Assembly (NCBI RefSeq): GCF_018977255.1
Contig: NW_024704743.1
Location: 65,412,001 to 65,476,000, forward strand
Direction: 5' to 3'
DNA from: Callorhinchus milii
Lineage: Eukaryota
DNA length: 64,000 nt
Under the pieces are notes generated by a model. That model made no database searches. It was not told the DNA's origin and saw only the letters and a list, made by a program, of their open reading frames with translations. Of the stretch, positions 51,796 to 64,000 are shown piece by piece. Position 1 is the first letter of the stretch; every line of letters starts with the position of its first letter. Made by a program: the position numbers and the translations under genes.

Positions 51796-54355
51796 ACTTA
51801 ATTCTGCTTCATTTATGACAGTACCACACGGGAAACAGGAAGAGTCTTGATGCTTGCTTGCCTTGCAAGTATTTTGCATTGTGCAATCCAAAGGAAATCT
51901 TCATTTCCAACTTAACCACAGAGCTACCACTTTAGAATGGGCAACAGTTTGCCTTTAATGTTAAAGGGCATCTCAGAAGTGCTTGAAATATGGAGCGTTG
52001 CACCATCGCATGCCAAGCAATCCTCCTCTGTAAAGCTCAGAATGTTCACCTGGCCTTGGTAAGTTCCAAGTAGAATAATATAAATCAGGTGGTTCAAAAA
52101 TGTGTTCAGTCTTTCTCAGCAGGAAATTCATCCCCATTCTAAAGTGGTGTATCTTTCAACAACAGTAACAAGATTACATTTGTATAGCGTCTTTCACGTC
52201 GGGAGGACGTCCCAAGGTGCTGGACAGTGTACAGCATTTCAGACCGTTTACTCAAACTAAATGGGTTAGAAGCTTCTGCTAATCCAGAATTGTTCATCTT
52301 GCATGCCATATCGTCCATAAACACCAAGAAGTTATTCACTTTGGTCTTAGGAATTTTATTTAAAATTGGCTTTTTAACCAGAAAGCAATATGACCTTAGA
52401 AAATCACAGCCATTTACCCGATGTGAAGCCTATGTCCTTCCTGCACACAATGTCACTCAACCATCTCAGCAGTGAGTGACTCTCTTACAAATTATTTCAT
52501 TCTGGAAAACATTCCTGAGGCAAATTAACACCATACTACATTTTTGCTTAACAACAGTGGTTTTTTAAAATCGTGGAATAGTTTCAGCACAGAAGGAAAG
52601 CTTTGGTGCATTCTATCTCTGCTCGTGTCAGCTTCACCACTGGCACTAACTTCCCTTATCTAATTTCCTTGCTTCTCCCCTTTACTGTTCAAGATTTTTT
52701 CTTGCTTTTGAAAATCAACACACCAAAACAATTTAGAAATGTATTTATATCATTATCAGAGTAATAGGAAAACAAATATTTGTGTTTCATTCATTGGGTT
52801 TATATGAATACAATCAAGATTTCAAACATATTACCAAAATGAACTGCTTTTGGGTTAAGGGATGAAAACATTGCATACATATAATATTTGAACTGCCTTT
52901 GTTGAAAAACTTCAGCGGCTAAAGTATGTAGAAAAGCAAATATGTGATTGTTAGCTTTGCCTTCTACAGTACACTTTTGGTTTATATGTAAAATCACACA
53001 CAATATTCTTGTCCTTTCTATTCTTTTGAATAAAATCATCATTTACTTCAGACAACTGAGAATGAAAAAAAATGCCAGTAGTTACTTATAATAATTCTCT
53101 GACAACCAAAAAACAAATGATTTTTCCAGGGGACATCTGCTTGGTATCAGTCTCCATCTGAAGGAATTACACTGTCCCTAAAAAATTATTTTACACTTAT
53201 TAAAAACCCAAAACGTTACGTCTACTGAAAACCCTAATTAAAATTCTCCCCTCTATTTTTATCTTCCCTTTCTTCCATCCCAATGTCTCCATTCTCAGCC
53301 ACTAGAAACCTCAAGCTACTACATCACCCTTTTAATTTGTGTTTAGACAGTTAAACACAAAAGGTAAAATATATTTTCTCATACTTGTCCCCTCCCCCCC
53401 TCTTTCAAAGCCCACTTCAAGACTTTGACTGCATTTTCTGTCATCTTTTCCCCCTCCTACTCTCTTTAGCTCTCTTCCTCTCCCTTCTCCACCTCGGGTG
53501 GCCAGCTTGCTGTGTAAAGCACTTTGAGAAGTCCTCCTGATATGAAAGGCGTTATATCAGTGTAAATTGTAATGCATTGTGAAGACCTATTTTCAGACAG
53601 AGCAGCATGATTGCAGAAAATATTTGGATTTGTTCTTGTAAATGACTCTTCTTTGCTGCGAGCAATAGTACAACAGAAAATAAATTAGAAAAAGTGTTAA
53701 GTACAGTTTTAAAGATTCTTTTTAACTATTATTCATCATTAGGAAGTTACAGGAAGTAAATTATTTCAGTGCTATCGGACAGAACAAGTGTCTGTTTTGG
53801 AATCTACAAAGGAACTTGTGTTTTCAGAGAGTAAAGTCACTAATTGTAAAGTTGCATCCTGATTGGGAAATTCTTCAGGGTTGACAGCAAAAGTCAAGTA
53901 AGATTGACCCTTGCCCCACACCTGGTTTTAATTTGAGGTATTCCGCTTTAAAAGCTCTTGACAAGAAGACAACATATTTCCTTTGGCTATGAAAGATTAA
54001 AAACATTTCCTTTGAAATAGTGCATTAAATAATTCAACATTTCTGGAATCCGGTTGCAAAGCTGCTTTAAAATTGCTATGATGCACACAATCTCCTTTGC
54101 TCTTAAACTAGGAACAGGACAGTTTGTTTTCTTCCAAAGGCATCTATTATATAGTCAAACTAATCAGCAATTCATTGTACGGGTTGTCTAAGACAGACAA
54201 CATTGTCCAAGACAGACAACACATTTTGTATATAAATTATCATGGCTGTTCTTTAATTGTTGGGCTTGTATCAATTAATGTTTAGGTTTGTTACACTGTT
54301 ACTGCTGGAATCTTTACCTTGCTAAATAAATGTACTGCTAGATGCTTTAAGAGTT

Positions 54356-54745
54356 ATAACAATAATAATCCTTGCATTTGATATAGCTCCCTATCACACT
54401 GTCGAGACATCTCAAAACGCTTCATATGATACACTGTAAAGTGGTGTGACTGTGTATGTTTGTGGGGAGAATGCAGCAGCCAATTTGCACAGCAAAATCT
54501 CACAAACAGCTATGGAGTGAATGACTAATTTTATATGGGGGATTGTTGGGGGAGAAACTCCCTTCACTTTTTAAATAGTGCCATGGGATGCTTAACGCCT
54601 ACCTGAAAAGGCAGATAGGACCTTGTTTTAATGTTTTATTTGAAGGATGGCATCTCCAGCAATGCAGCACACCCCCAACATGGGGTTTGAACCCACAACC
54701 TTCTTACTCGAGGTGAGAGTGCTTCCAAGTGAGCCAGGATGATAG
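54356..54745 (-). mobile_element. Deu-domain SINE, near full length
   Basis: Reversed tRNA head (gagagtgcttccaagtgagcc), Deu core and (AAT)n tail. Confidence 0.85.
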
Positions 54746-55169
54746 AACTGAAGGAATTTCATTGTAGATTTCTACTCCATCCTAATGGAAATTCACAGCA
54801 ACTTGATTTTGGGGAGAATTGCTGAGACCAATTCTGCCCTCACCCAACATCACTAGATGGCTATCAGGAGCAGGAATATTGGTGGATATATTCCCCCACC
54901 ACCTCGCCCGGAAATGGTAGAGCAAGAAGTGCGAGCTGGTATATAAAGCTGGAGGTGGGTGGTGCATAGTATGAAATGATTTAAAAACGAAAACGAAGAT
55001 CTGAAATTGATCTGCTGTGGGACGGAGGAGCCACAAGAGGAGTGTGTGATTGGAGTGCCAGACTTTGTATGGCACAGAATTTGGCTGTGAACTTCTGATG
55101 AGTTTAAAGTCATTAAACTTGAAGCATTTTACGGATGGCTTGATCCATACCAGTTATTTTATTACATTG

Positions 55170-55978
55170 CAGAAATGCATTGGACATAGACTGGTAAAAT
55201 AGGCAGACACATGGCAGATGAAGTTAAATGTGGAGAAATGCAAATTGTTGCATTTCGGGAGGAAGAATAAGGAGAGGCAATATAAGCTAGATGATAGAAT
55301 CGTAAAAGGGGTGAAGGAACAGAGAGACCTGGGGGTTCATATAAGTAAATCTTTGAATCTTAGCAGGACAGGTAGATAAAGCTGTTAAAAAAAAGCCTAC
55401 GGGATATTAGGCTTTATAAATAGGGGCATAGAATACAAAAGTCAGCAAATTATGATGAACCTTTTTAAAACACTGGTTAGGCCTCAGCTAGAGTACTGTG
55501 TTCAGTTCTGGGCACCACACTTTAGGTAGGATGTCAAGGCATTGGAGAAGGAGATTTACCAGGATGGTACCAGGAATGAGTGACTTCAGTTCTCAGGAGA
55601 GGCTAGAGAAGCTAGGATTGTTCTCCTTCGAGCAGAGAAGGTTAAGAGGAGACTTAATAGAAGTTTTCAAAATTATGAGGGGATTTGATAGGGTGAACCG
55701 TTTCTTTGTTAAAAGAAACAGAGGGGGGGTGAGGAGAATTTTTTTCACAAAGCGAGTTGTGCAGATCTGGAATGCATTGCCTGAAAGGGTGGTGGAAGCC
55801 GATTTGATAATAACTTTTAAGAGAGAATTAGATAATTATTTGGGGAGGACCAGTTTGCAGGGCTATGGGGAGAGAGCAGGGGAGCGGGATTGAATTGGAT
55901 AGCTCTTTTCAAAGAGTCGGTACAGACATGATGAGCCAAATGGCTTCCTGCTGTGCTGTATAATTCTATGATTCTATG
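55170..55978 (+). mobile_element. CR1 LINE 3' part (frameshifted ORF2 C-terminus)
   Basis: ADTWQMKLNVEKC, EQRDLGVHI, ERLEKLGLFSFEQRRLRGDLIEVFKIMRG, IWNALPERVVEA; (ATTCTATG)2 tail. Confidence 0.95.
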
Positions 55979-56119
55979 CAATGCAGTTCACCATTAGCTC
56001 ATGATTGGAACACCACCACAGGGGTATGACAAGAGGCTCTTATCTGGGACTCTATATTTCTGCTAGAAATGAAAGCAATATTACAGAACACCCCAGTGGC
56101 TTCTTCCCAAACCAAATAT

Positions 56120-56182
56120 TTATGCTTTTACGCCTTTATCACCTCCAAACTTGATTTCATCAATGCTCTCCTCGCTGCTCTG

Positions 56183-56217
<35 letters not shown>

Positions 56218-56475
56218 ACTCTCTGACTCTGCAGGCCTATCACCATCATCTCACCATTTTCTACTTGCTTCCTATTTCCAGGATTTCAATTCAAGATCCC
56301 TGTTCAAACTTTCAAATGCCTCCTTGGCCTTGCCCCATCCTAGCTCTTTGGGATCTCCTGAAGTTCCACTCACTCCGCTCTGCTAATCTGGGTCTATTGC
56401 ACATCCCCCAACACGTCTGCATCAGATGGTCGAGCTTTGAGCCACCTCGACCCTGTTCTTTGGAACTCTCTTACT
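56120..56475 (+). mobile_element. Decayed L2 fragment containing a (CT)n microsatellite at 56186-56214
   Basis: AFITSKLDFINALLAALP remnant. Confidence 0.7.
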
Positions 56476-56849
56476 GTCCAGTGTAACACTGTCCAGATGT
56501 TTCCTGGAATTCTGTCCTTCTGTACAGAAGTTGAAACCCTATCTGTTGTCTGGTGAACAAGGGTCAGTGTAAAGGCTATGTAAAGGCTCAAGACTTTCTC
56601 TAGCATAGACCCTCTGGTCTTTTTTGCACTGAAAGCAAATATGAGAGTCAGTTTTTAAGTCATTGCGCCAATTTTGGAGTCCAAATTATATTTATCATAT
56701 CGAATGGGCCAGAGGTGGACCTACATTCTTCCAACACTTTTTAATGGTAAACTGTGACATTGGGCTGGCAGTCTTCGAGAGGGGGACACTAGGCTTTTGA
56801 GTATTTTTCTTCATTGATAAGCTAAGGCACTACCCAGCAAATTATGTGG

Positions 56850-57420
56850 ATTATGGTTGGATCAAATGTCCTGAATATTGTCAGTCTCTTTAAACAGATG
56901 TAAACTTCACAAGGAAATGTGGTAATCTCCACTAATCTCCAAATTCATGAAGATGGTAATGGCATGGTACTTACTTGAAGTTTGCAATGCAGACTAGGTA
57001 TCAATGTACCTATGGTTTATATAAATTAAAAGGAAGAACTCCAACTGAATCCAAATAACATCTGTCTGTTAATGTGTGCAATCTACCATCACACTTGCTA
57101 TTGTGGTGAATTACATCCCAAGAATGCACTTGACAGCAGCATGGTGGTATTGCATAGCACACAGACAGAAAGATGGCACCGTGCATTTGATGATATTGTG
57201 CTGTCAACAGAAGGAAATGAACTACAGGAAGCTTCTGGTAATATCAGTCACACTTCTAAAAACATTGCATCATCAGTGAAAACTCTGAAAGCATGGAACA
57301 AAGAAAAGTGGCACCCCTACCATAATGGAATTAACCCGAAGAATGTTAATAGCTTCACATACTTACGTAGCACTTCACTGAAGTAGAGGAGATACACGGA
57401 GAAAGGATATTGCCCAGACT
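56850..57420 (+). mobile_element. Highly decayed RTE-clade LINE reverse-transcriptase fragment
   Basis: ORF 57072: AFDDIVLSTEGNELQ...SVKTLK...NVNSFTYLRST parallels the RT pattern FADD...LQ...ISLKKT...V..FTYLGS. Confidence 0.55.
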
Positions 57421-57751
57421 TTGGGTATGGGGAATAAATGTGCACTTGGGAATCAGAAGTTTTAAGAGTTGGACAATACCTTGGTATAAATTTCCCCCCA
57501 CCTCCCCATTGATCTTAAAGCAGAGAGCTTTTTTGCAATTGACTCCACAACAGCTAATTAAGTTAACTAAGCAAACCAAGGATCTATGTTTAGATATTAA
57601 ATGTTTTATTTGTTATTCTCCCTTGTGTAATGGTGTGTTTAGGTTGTGGGATCGCAACTAATGGCACCCCTAATTTCTCTGAGGTGTTTTATCTGTTTTG
57701 CCATTGTCTGGGCTGCTTGGCGTCCGTTGCAACTAATTGGTAGGGACTGAC

Positions 57752-58015
57752 CTGATGGCAGGCGGGCCTTCAGCCACTCTGCCCACACCCTCTGGAACTC
57801 CATCCGGCAGTCCCTCCACCTCGCCCCCTCCCTTGCCTCCTTCAAGACCCTCCTCTTCGACCGCGCCATCGATCACCTTCCTTTCCCCCTGCACTCCACC
57901 CTCCCTGATCCCGATCCCCAGCTCAGGTCCGAAACACTGATTGTCCAGCGCTTTGGGACGTCCTCCCGACGTCAAAGGTGCTAAACAAATGCAATCTTTT
58001 TGTCTTTTTCTTTTG
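57752..58015 (+). mobile_element. L2 LINE 3' end
   Basis: cgggccttcagccactctgccc...ctctggaactccatcc...gcgctttgggacgtcctcccgacgt. Confidence 0.88.
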
Positions 58016-58579
58016 ATGTTCAGACACAACTCGAGCAAAGAAAAGCCCAATCCGCCAGATCCATAGGGAAAAAAAAGTCCCAACACTTCTTTATGAAAAT
58101 TCCCAGCTTTTCCTCATAACTCAGGTGGTTATTTCCAGTTATCAATCTAGTTACCCTTCTCGGTGCCCCTACGATTGCAAGCGGCCTCGCAATAATACAG
58201 CAACCACATTGTATATAGCCAAAATAAAAGCACTCCTTGGTTCACCATAATTCTGCAGTACTGCACCAGGTACCCACATGTTATTTGCTTTTGGGAATGT
58301 CAGTACTGAGGATAATTTCCCAAATGATGACAAAATACTCAACATCAGGGTTAGGCTAATGTCATCTTTCAAGGACGTCCAGTTTTTCCATTAATTCCCT
58401 GCTAAAGAACACCCTGCCTCTCCATTGCTGTCAGTACCATCAGCTAACCACCAGCTTGCATACTCTACCATTCTCATGCTGAAGTGACCTGGAGAAAGTG
58501 TGTATGGCTTGGAAATGACTTCTCTTACGTTTTATACAAATGTAATTTGTTGTTGTTACATTTTATTTTCATGTGCTGA

Positions 58580-59221
58580 CTCTCTCCTCGCCGGCCTTCC
58601 CGGCACCTCCCTCCACAAGCTGCAGGTCATTCAGAACTCTGCAGCTCGTGTACTGTCCCGCACCAGGCTTCGCGATCACATCACTCCCACCCTCGCTCGC
58701 CTCCACTGGCTCCCCATCCCCAGAGGATTGATTTCAAGATCCTCATCCTCACCTACAAGGCCATTCACGGCCTTGCTCCCTCCTACCTCTCCAACCTACT
58801 ATCCCCCTACCTACCTGCCCGTACCCTCCGTTCCTCAGGCTCCGGTCTGCTCCACGTCCCCCGCCCCAACCGCCCTACCATCGGTGGTCGGGCCTTCAGC
58901 CTCTCAGCCCCCAGGCTCTGGAACTCCATCCCCCAGTGCCTTCGCCGCTTCCTCCCTTTCCTCCTTCAAGGCCGGTCTCAAAACCTTTCTCTTTGACCGT
59001 GCCTTCAGCTCCCCTCTCGACTCTCTTCCTCCTCCTCGCTCCCTCCCTTCCCTCCCCTCACCCTGACCATTTCCCCCCTCCTCTCTCCCTCCCTTCCCTC
59101 CCCTCACCCTGACCATTTCCCCCCTGCTCGGGTCATGACCCAACTGTGCAGCGCCTTGGGACGTCCTCCTGACGTGAAAGGCGCTCTATAAATGGAATCT
59201 TGTTGTTGTTGTTGTTGTTGT
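58580..59221 (+). mobile_element. Young L2 3' part, nearly identical to 6292-6932
   Basis: Same ORF2 end, same duplicated 3' UTR unit and (TTG)n tail. Confidence 0.95.
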
Positions 59222-60477
59222 TTTCAAATCCCTTCCCATGCACCACCCTACTTGTACAAACTTCTCCAAGCCTTGCTTGCTATCCACTTCCTTCTTTTCA
59301 CAAACTCAAAAAGCTGGACATCCATTGCTTCCTTCAAATCATCATTAAAAATCAAGCTTTCAACCAAACTTTCAACAACTCTATCCCAAATCCTAACCTA
59401 TGTCCCGGTCTTCAAAATCCTGCTCAAAATGTACTTGATTAATTCTCCCCTACTCCTCTTCCACCTAACTTAATGTCCCAAATCATCCATGTAAAGTGTT
59501 TTGAAATGTTCTCTTATGTGAAAGTCATCGTGTAATTGAGCCAGATTTCTGTTGCTTTCCCATATTAACACAACAGAGATTGGGAATATACCTCACCAAT
59601 GCATAGCTAATGTGGCAATTTATTTTGCAGAAAGCTACAGAGAGGGTAGCTTGTGTGTGTGTCCATGTGAAGTCTCATTTTAGAAACTATAGCTATAAAT
59701 TTAACATTTTCTTAGTTTCCGAGACAACCACAACTCTGTTTTTACCAATGTAATTTAGATGCTTATTGAGGTGAAGAGAAGAATTTTTAATAACCTGGCT
59801 GTAGAAAATGTGTGAATACGAGGGAGACATAACATAACTATCAATGGATTTGTCAGACTTAATGCAGAGCCAAAACAGTTGGTTACTGATCTCGGACTTG
59901 TGGAATTTTTACTCCTCCCCCCGGACGATTCTGCTACACACACTAAAATATTGCAGTGCAAATCTTTGTCCAAGGATACGTTTTTTAAAAAATCCGAGAC
60001 TGTACATTTCTTTTCCAGCAGACTTGCAAAATGTGTCCAAACCGCAATAAATCTTGGTTTATTGCACTGAGGCTATGTAGCTATCCAGAAGACTTATACC
60101 TTCTGTAAAAATATGTCCCAATGTACATTACCTCACACAGGATACACGCACTGTTAAAACCATTTAAGCAGAGCTTAACAGTCTTTCAAGGAAAGATCAC
60201 TGGTTTGAATCACAAATCATGGAAGGACACATTCTTTGTTTTCAAGCCTAGTTTCATCCATTTTTTAAATACTTTAACTTATAAAATTGACTTCACCATT
60301 TGTTTAAAGGCATTTATTTAACAATAGCAATCAATTTTATTTTCTTTGCAGACTTTGTTGCATGTTTCAGGTCTTTTGCATTCAAGAGATCGGGAGAACT
60401 AATTGACTGCATTCTGACTTGTCATTGAATAATTGTGCACCATTCTGTAATATTTGAAAGCAACGTGTAAGTGCCTC

Positions 60478-61085
60478 TACAACAACAACAACAAAATTAC
60501 ATTTATAGAGTGCCTTTCACGTCTGAAGGATGTCCCAAAGCGCTGAACAGTCAGGTGTTGGGGCCCGAGCATGGGGGAGGGGTGGTGTAGGTTTGAGGGA
60601 AGGCAGAGAGGTGGGAGGGAGACCAAAGGCACAGTCGAAGAGAAGGATCTTGAGACCGGCCTTGAAGGAGGCAAGGGAGGAAGCGAGGCAAAGGGACTGT
60701 GGGATGGAATTCCAGAGTGTGGGGGCAGAGAGGCTGAAAGCCCGGCCACCGATGGTAGGGCGGGTCGGGTGGGAGACATGGAGCAGGCCGGAGCCCGCTG
60801 AACGGAGGGAGCGGGCAGGTTGGTAGGGAGTCAGCAGGTCAGAGAGAAGTAGGAGGGGGCAAGGCCATGGATGGCCTTAAAGGTGAGGACGAGGATCTTG
60901 AACTCGATCCTCTGGAGGATGGGGAGCCAGTGGAGTCGGGCGAGGGTGGGAGTGATGGGGTCAAGGAGCCTGGTGCGTGAGAGTACACGAGCTGCAGAGT
61001 TTTGGATGATCTGCAGCTTGTGAAAGGAAGAGTTGGGAAGGCCGAAGAGGAGGGAGTTCCCGTAATCGAGGCTTGATGTGACAAG
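60478..61085 (-). mobile_element. L2 LINE 3' fragment
   Basis: Reversed ORF2 end with an (AAC)n tail. Confidence 0.92.
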
Positions 61086-61574
61086 GTTCTACCATCTCCC
61101 TTTAGGTCTCTATGCAGTTCTTTTTTTCTTTTTCTCAAAACTATTTTAATTTAATTTGTGGACTTAGTTTAAGAGTGGAGTTCAAAATGACCATAAAAGT
61201 AACTTGTTTGGCTTTACTTTTAATAGAAGTGGAACTCTTCGTACTCTGGAATGAAAAGGTCAAGCTTGGAGCAACCAATCCCAAGGGGTAAAACATCACT
61301 AGAAATGAGCATTTTTGCCAAGTCTGCTACCCAAATAATATATGGTAGCAGAACCAAGATAGAGGCTTGGAGCAGTCACTTGATACTCAGATGCATTCTC
61401 CAGCCTCCCTCATGTCTTTTGAGTAAGGATGGTGAAAATAAATTTCTAATGATGTTTTATACATGTGCAGATATTTTCCCATGAGGACCATTTGGAAGTA
61501 CAGGCTGATATCTAAGTGGTGTAGCAACAGCTTCAGTTTCGAGCAGCCAGAACTGCAATGTAAAAACATGCCAT

Positions 61575-61795
61575 TGTAGACGCTGGGTTCTGTTTTATGC
61601 CTTGTGTAAACCATGTGTCAATGCTAAAGTCAATTATGTGATTTGTGTGAACCAGATTTGACCTTTTCATTGATCAACAATCATGATTCAGAGAACCTGT
61701 GATTCCATCTGCGCTACTCGTGTCTTTTATACACTTTGCAGAATAGACCTTACACATGGTTTACAAAATGTGTATAATAGACCCCAGTGTTTACA
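61575..61795. mobile_element. MITE-like element with ~45-bp imperfect terminal inverted repeats
   Basis: tgtagacgctgggttctgtt...tgtaaaccatgtgt versus acacatggtttaca...aatagaccccagtgtttaca. Confidence 0.55.
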
Positions 61796-63169
61796 CAGTA
61801 TACCGGACTTGCATGATAGACGTTAATATTATGACTTCTCTCCTCCCTTGATCAGTGTTCTGACGCTGTCTCTGTGATGTGCCTGGTTGACATCCTCCAT
61901 GAAGACCATGATGTAAATGTAACTTGTTCTAATATAGAATTAATACAATTCTGAGAACTGTGGAGGAGGCTTCTCCTCAGTAAAGACTTCATCATGTAAG
62001 GGTCCCAATATGACGGCTTTGACCTATAATTTTCAAGACATTTTTCCTCTGGTTCAAAAGGTCAGTCAAAGCATTTGCTTATCAATGAGATCTTTGCTTT
62101 AAAGGCAGACACTTAAATACAGTTCATAACATGGAGAAAGTTCTCTAAGGTCAGGAAAATGAAGGGTGTTTCGTTGCCTCAAAAATAATTGGAGGTTATC
62201 AAGCCATCAGGCACCTGAGGCTCAAATTGAACTGTTGATGTTGATACTCCCATTAGATTATGCTCACAGTGTGTACAGAAGATTAGCTGATGGCTGTGAA
62301 CCACAGAGGACAGATCATTTTGTATTGGCATGACATTTCCCTATAGGATTTAATTTTAATGTTCTTGTCCTGGAATAAATTGACAGGACAAGACTCTTCC
62401 CCTTGGACCTGATTTAAATTTTCAGAGCATTCATGACTGATCTGAGCATTCAGAACTGTTTGTCAGGAGTGCGAAGTAGTCTGAGGCATACGTGTCCCTT
62501 TCATCTGGTAGGGCTGAGCATTGATTAACCTCCAGCTCAAAACTACCTCCATGTTATGGTTGGGCTGACCTAACCCTCATTATTCTTTTGCTGATGTTCC
62601 CACTTTCCATTCATCAACTTCTTTCAGATCACGCAATCTAAGTGCAGATGACCTTCATTCCCTTTGCAGTCACTTAACCTTGATCTCCTTCGTGTCTTTT
62701 GAGGCAATGAAACATTTCTTTCAATTCTTCATGTCTCTTGCAAGTCGAGAAAAGTACAGTACCTCTTACCTTTGATGAATTCACTCTTAATCCTCCTTTG
62801 TAGATGTTCAAAACCTCACAATCTCCTCTGATCTCAAATGAAGTGAGTCGAGTCCATCACTACATTTAGCCGAATCTTTATCAGCATTTAAAAGTGAATT
62901 GGATAAAATATTTGAGGGAAATTGATTAAAGAATATAGGAAAAGAGCAAAGGAATGGAACTAGAGAAGAACCCTACAACAGAGGAGCTGTAACACTGACA
63001 CAGTGTATTAATTCAATCATTCCATCTTCTCCACTGCTGAAGCAAGAATCTAATTCTTCTTTCATGCCAAGTATAGGGCAGTCTCATTATATTGTGGTTA
63101 TCTGGGCCCAGTTTCTCCAGCCCTGGGTTGTAAGCAAATGGCTGGGTTTGTGGTTGTCACTGACGTCAC

Positions 63170-63483
63170 TTAATAATAATAATAATCCTTGCATTTGATA
63201 TAGCGCTTTTCACGTAGGGAGGACGTCCCAAAGCGCTTCACAGAACACACTGTAAAGTGAATTGACTGTATATTTGTGGGCAAATGCGGCAGCCAATTGC
63301 GCACAGCAATGTCCCACAAACAGTCGTAGATTGAAAATGACCAATTTATTGTTGTTTTTGGAGGGATTATTATTAGGCGTGTGGAGTAAGGAAACTTGCC
63401 CAAGGTTTCGCCCTGCCTGGAATTGAACTCAGGTCTCTCACTTGCAAAGCGAGTGCTCTAATCACTGAGCTACAGGACTCCAT
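63170..63483 (-). mobile_element. tRNA-derived SINE (SINE2-1_CM-like), short variant
   Basis: Reverse copy lacking the same internal block as 984-1297. Confidence 0.9.
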
Positions 63484-63627
63484 AAATAACAACAAGAATA
63501 ATAACGACAACATAACAACAAGAATAATTTTTATATTTAATATAGTGTCCTTCATGTTGGGAGGTCGTCTCAAAGCACTTTACAGATTATACTGTAAAGT
63601 GTAGTGACTACAATCTGTGTGTTACAT

Positions 63628-63703
63628 GCAGGTACAGTACATAGGAAGCAAAGTTAGTGACACAGAAGTGTTGGTAACTTCGTTCCCTGTGTACTGTACC
63701 TGC
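63628..63703. repeat. 36-bp-stem hairpin with a 4-nt loop (pre-miRNA-like or palindromic repeat)
   Basis: gcaggtacagtaca...aagttagtgacac-agaa-gtgttggtaactt...tgtactgtacctgc. Confidence 0.75.
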
Positions 63704-64000
63704 GCAAGATGCACAAAAAGCATCAGTGCCGTTGTTTCCTTTGTGAAGTGATGTTAGTGCTGTTTTCTGTGTTTAGCGTACAGGTGCAGCACGCAGAAAG
63801 TGACATTAAAGACACTTCGTGTGCAAATTACACATGTTTGCCGTACGCAGGAAGTACTATCAGCAGCTATCTGACAACCTGGAAGTTGATCATTATTTTG
63901 TGTTTTGCATTTCTGGTTAGTTTGTCTAAGTGAAACTGGGGGTGGGGGTCATTTTAAGAAGGTTGTCCTGTGCTTTGTTCTCGGTAACTATTAACTCTCT

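Larger units (their letters stand above)
2375..64000 (+). other. Long intronic region downstream of the first exon(s); shared downstream exons not seen
   Basis: AT-rich and repeat-dense, with no long non-repeat ORF and no C1-domain-like exon found by eye. Confidence 0.6.

Noticed and set aside
47529..54222. Small two-copy tandem duplications (47529-47580, 54184-54222; also 45062-45083)
   Set aside because: Ordinary slippage duplications with no further structure.

Overview
Vertebrate (eukaryotic) genomic DNA. It is most likely from a chimaera or other cartilaginous fish: the dominant tRNA-derived SINE matches my recollection of the Callorhinchus milii SINE2-1 type, and Deu-domain SINEs, L2, CR1 and a decayed RTE LINE are also present. 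The window is almost all AT-rich intronic sequence, and nearly every listed ORF is a spurious frame of a repeat. Two short + strand coding exons stand out, each running from an ATG to a phase-0 GT donor. Exon 2174-2374 encodes a peptide with an exact C2H2 zinc-finger spacing. Exon 44227-44319 encodes MGCTVSLAC..., a myristoylation/palmitoylation N-terminus that I recognise from memory from a long tensin-1 isoform (MGCTVSLVCC...). The simplest reading is the 5' region of a tensin gene (TNS1-like; TNS3 not excluded) with alternative first exons. I did not find the shared C1-domain exon in the window. Other structure includes a near-perfect fold-back inside an old SINE, a TTAA-bounded ~2 kb DNA-transposon relic, a MITE-like element, a pre-miRNA-like double hairpin, nested insertions with readable TSDs, and a duplicated segment that preserves the empty site of a young L2 insertion. 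Family names are from recognition, not database searches, and repeat boundaries are approximate unless TSDs are given.
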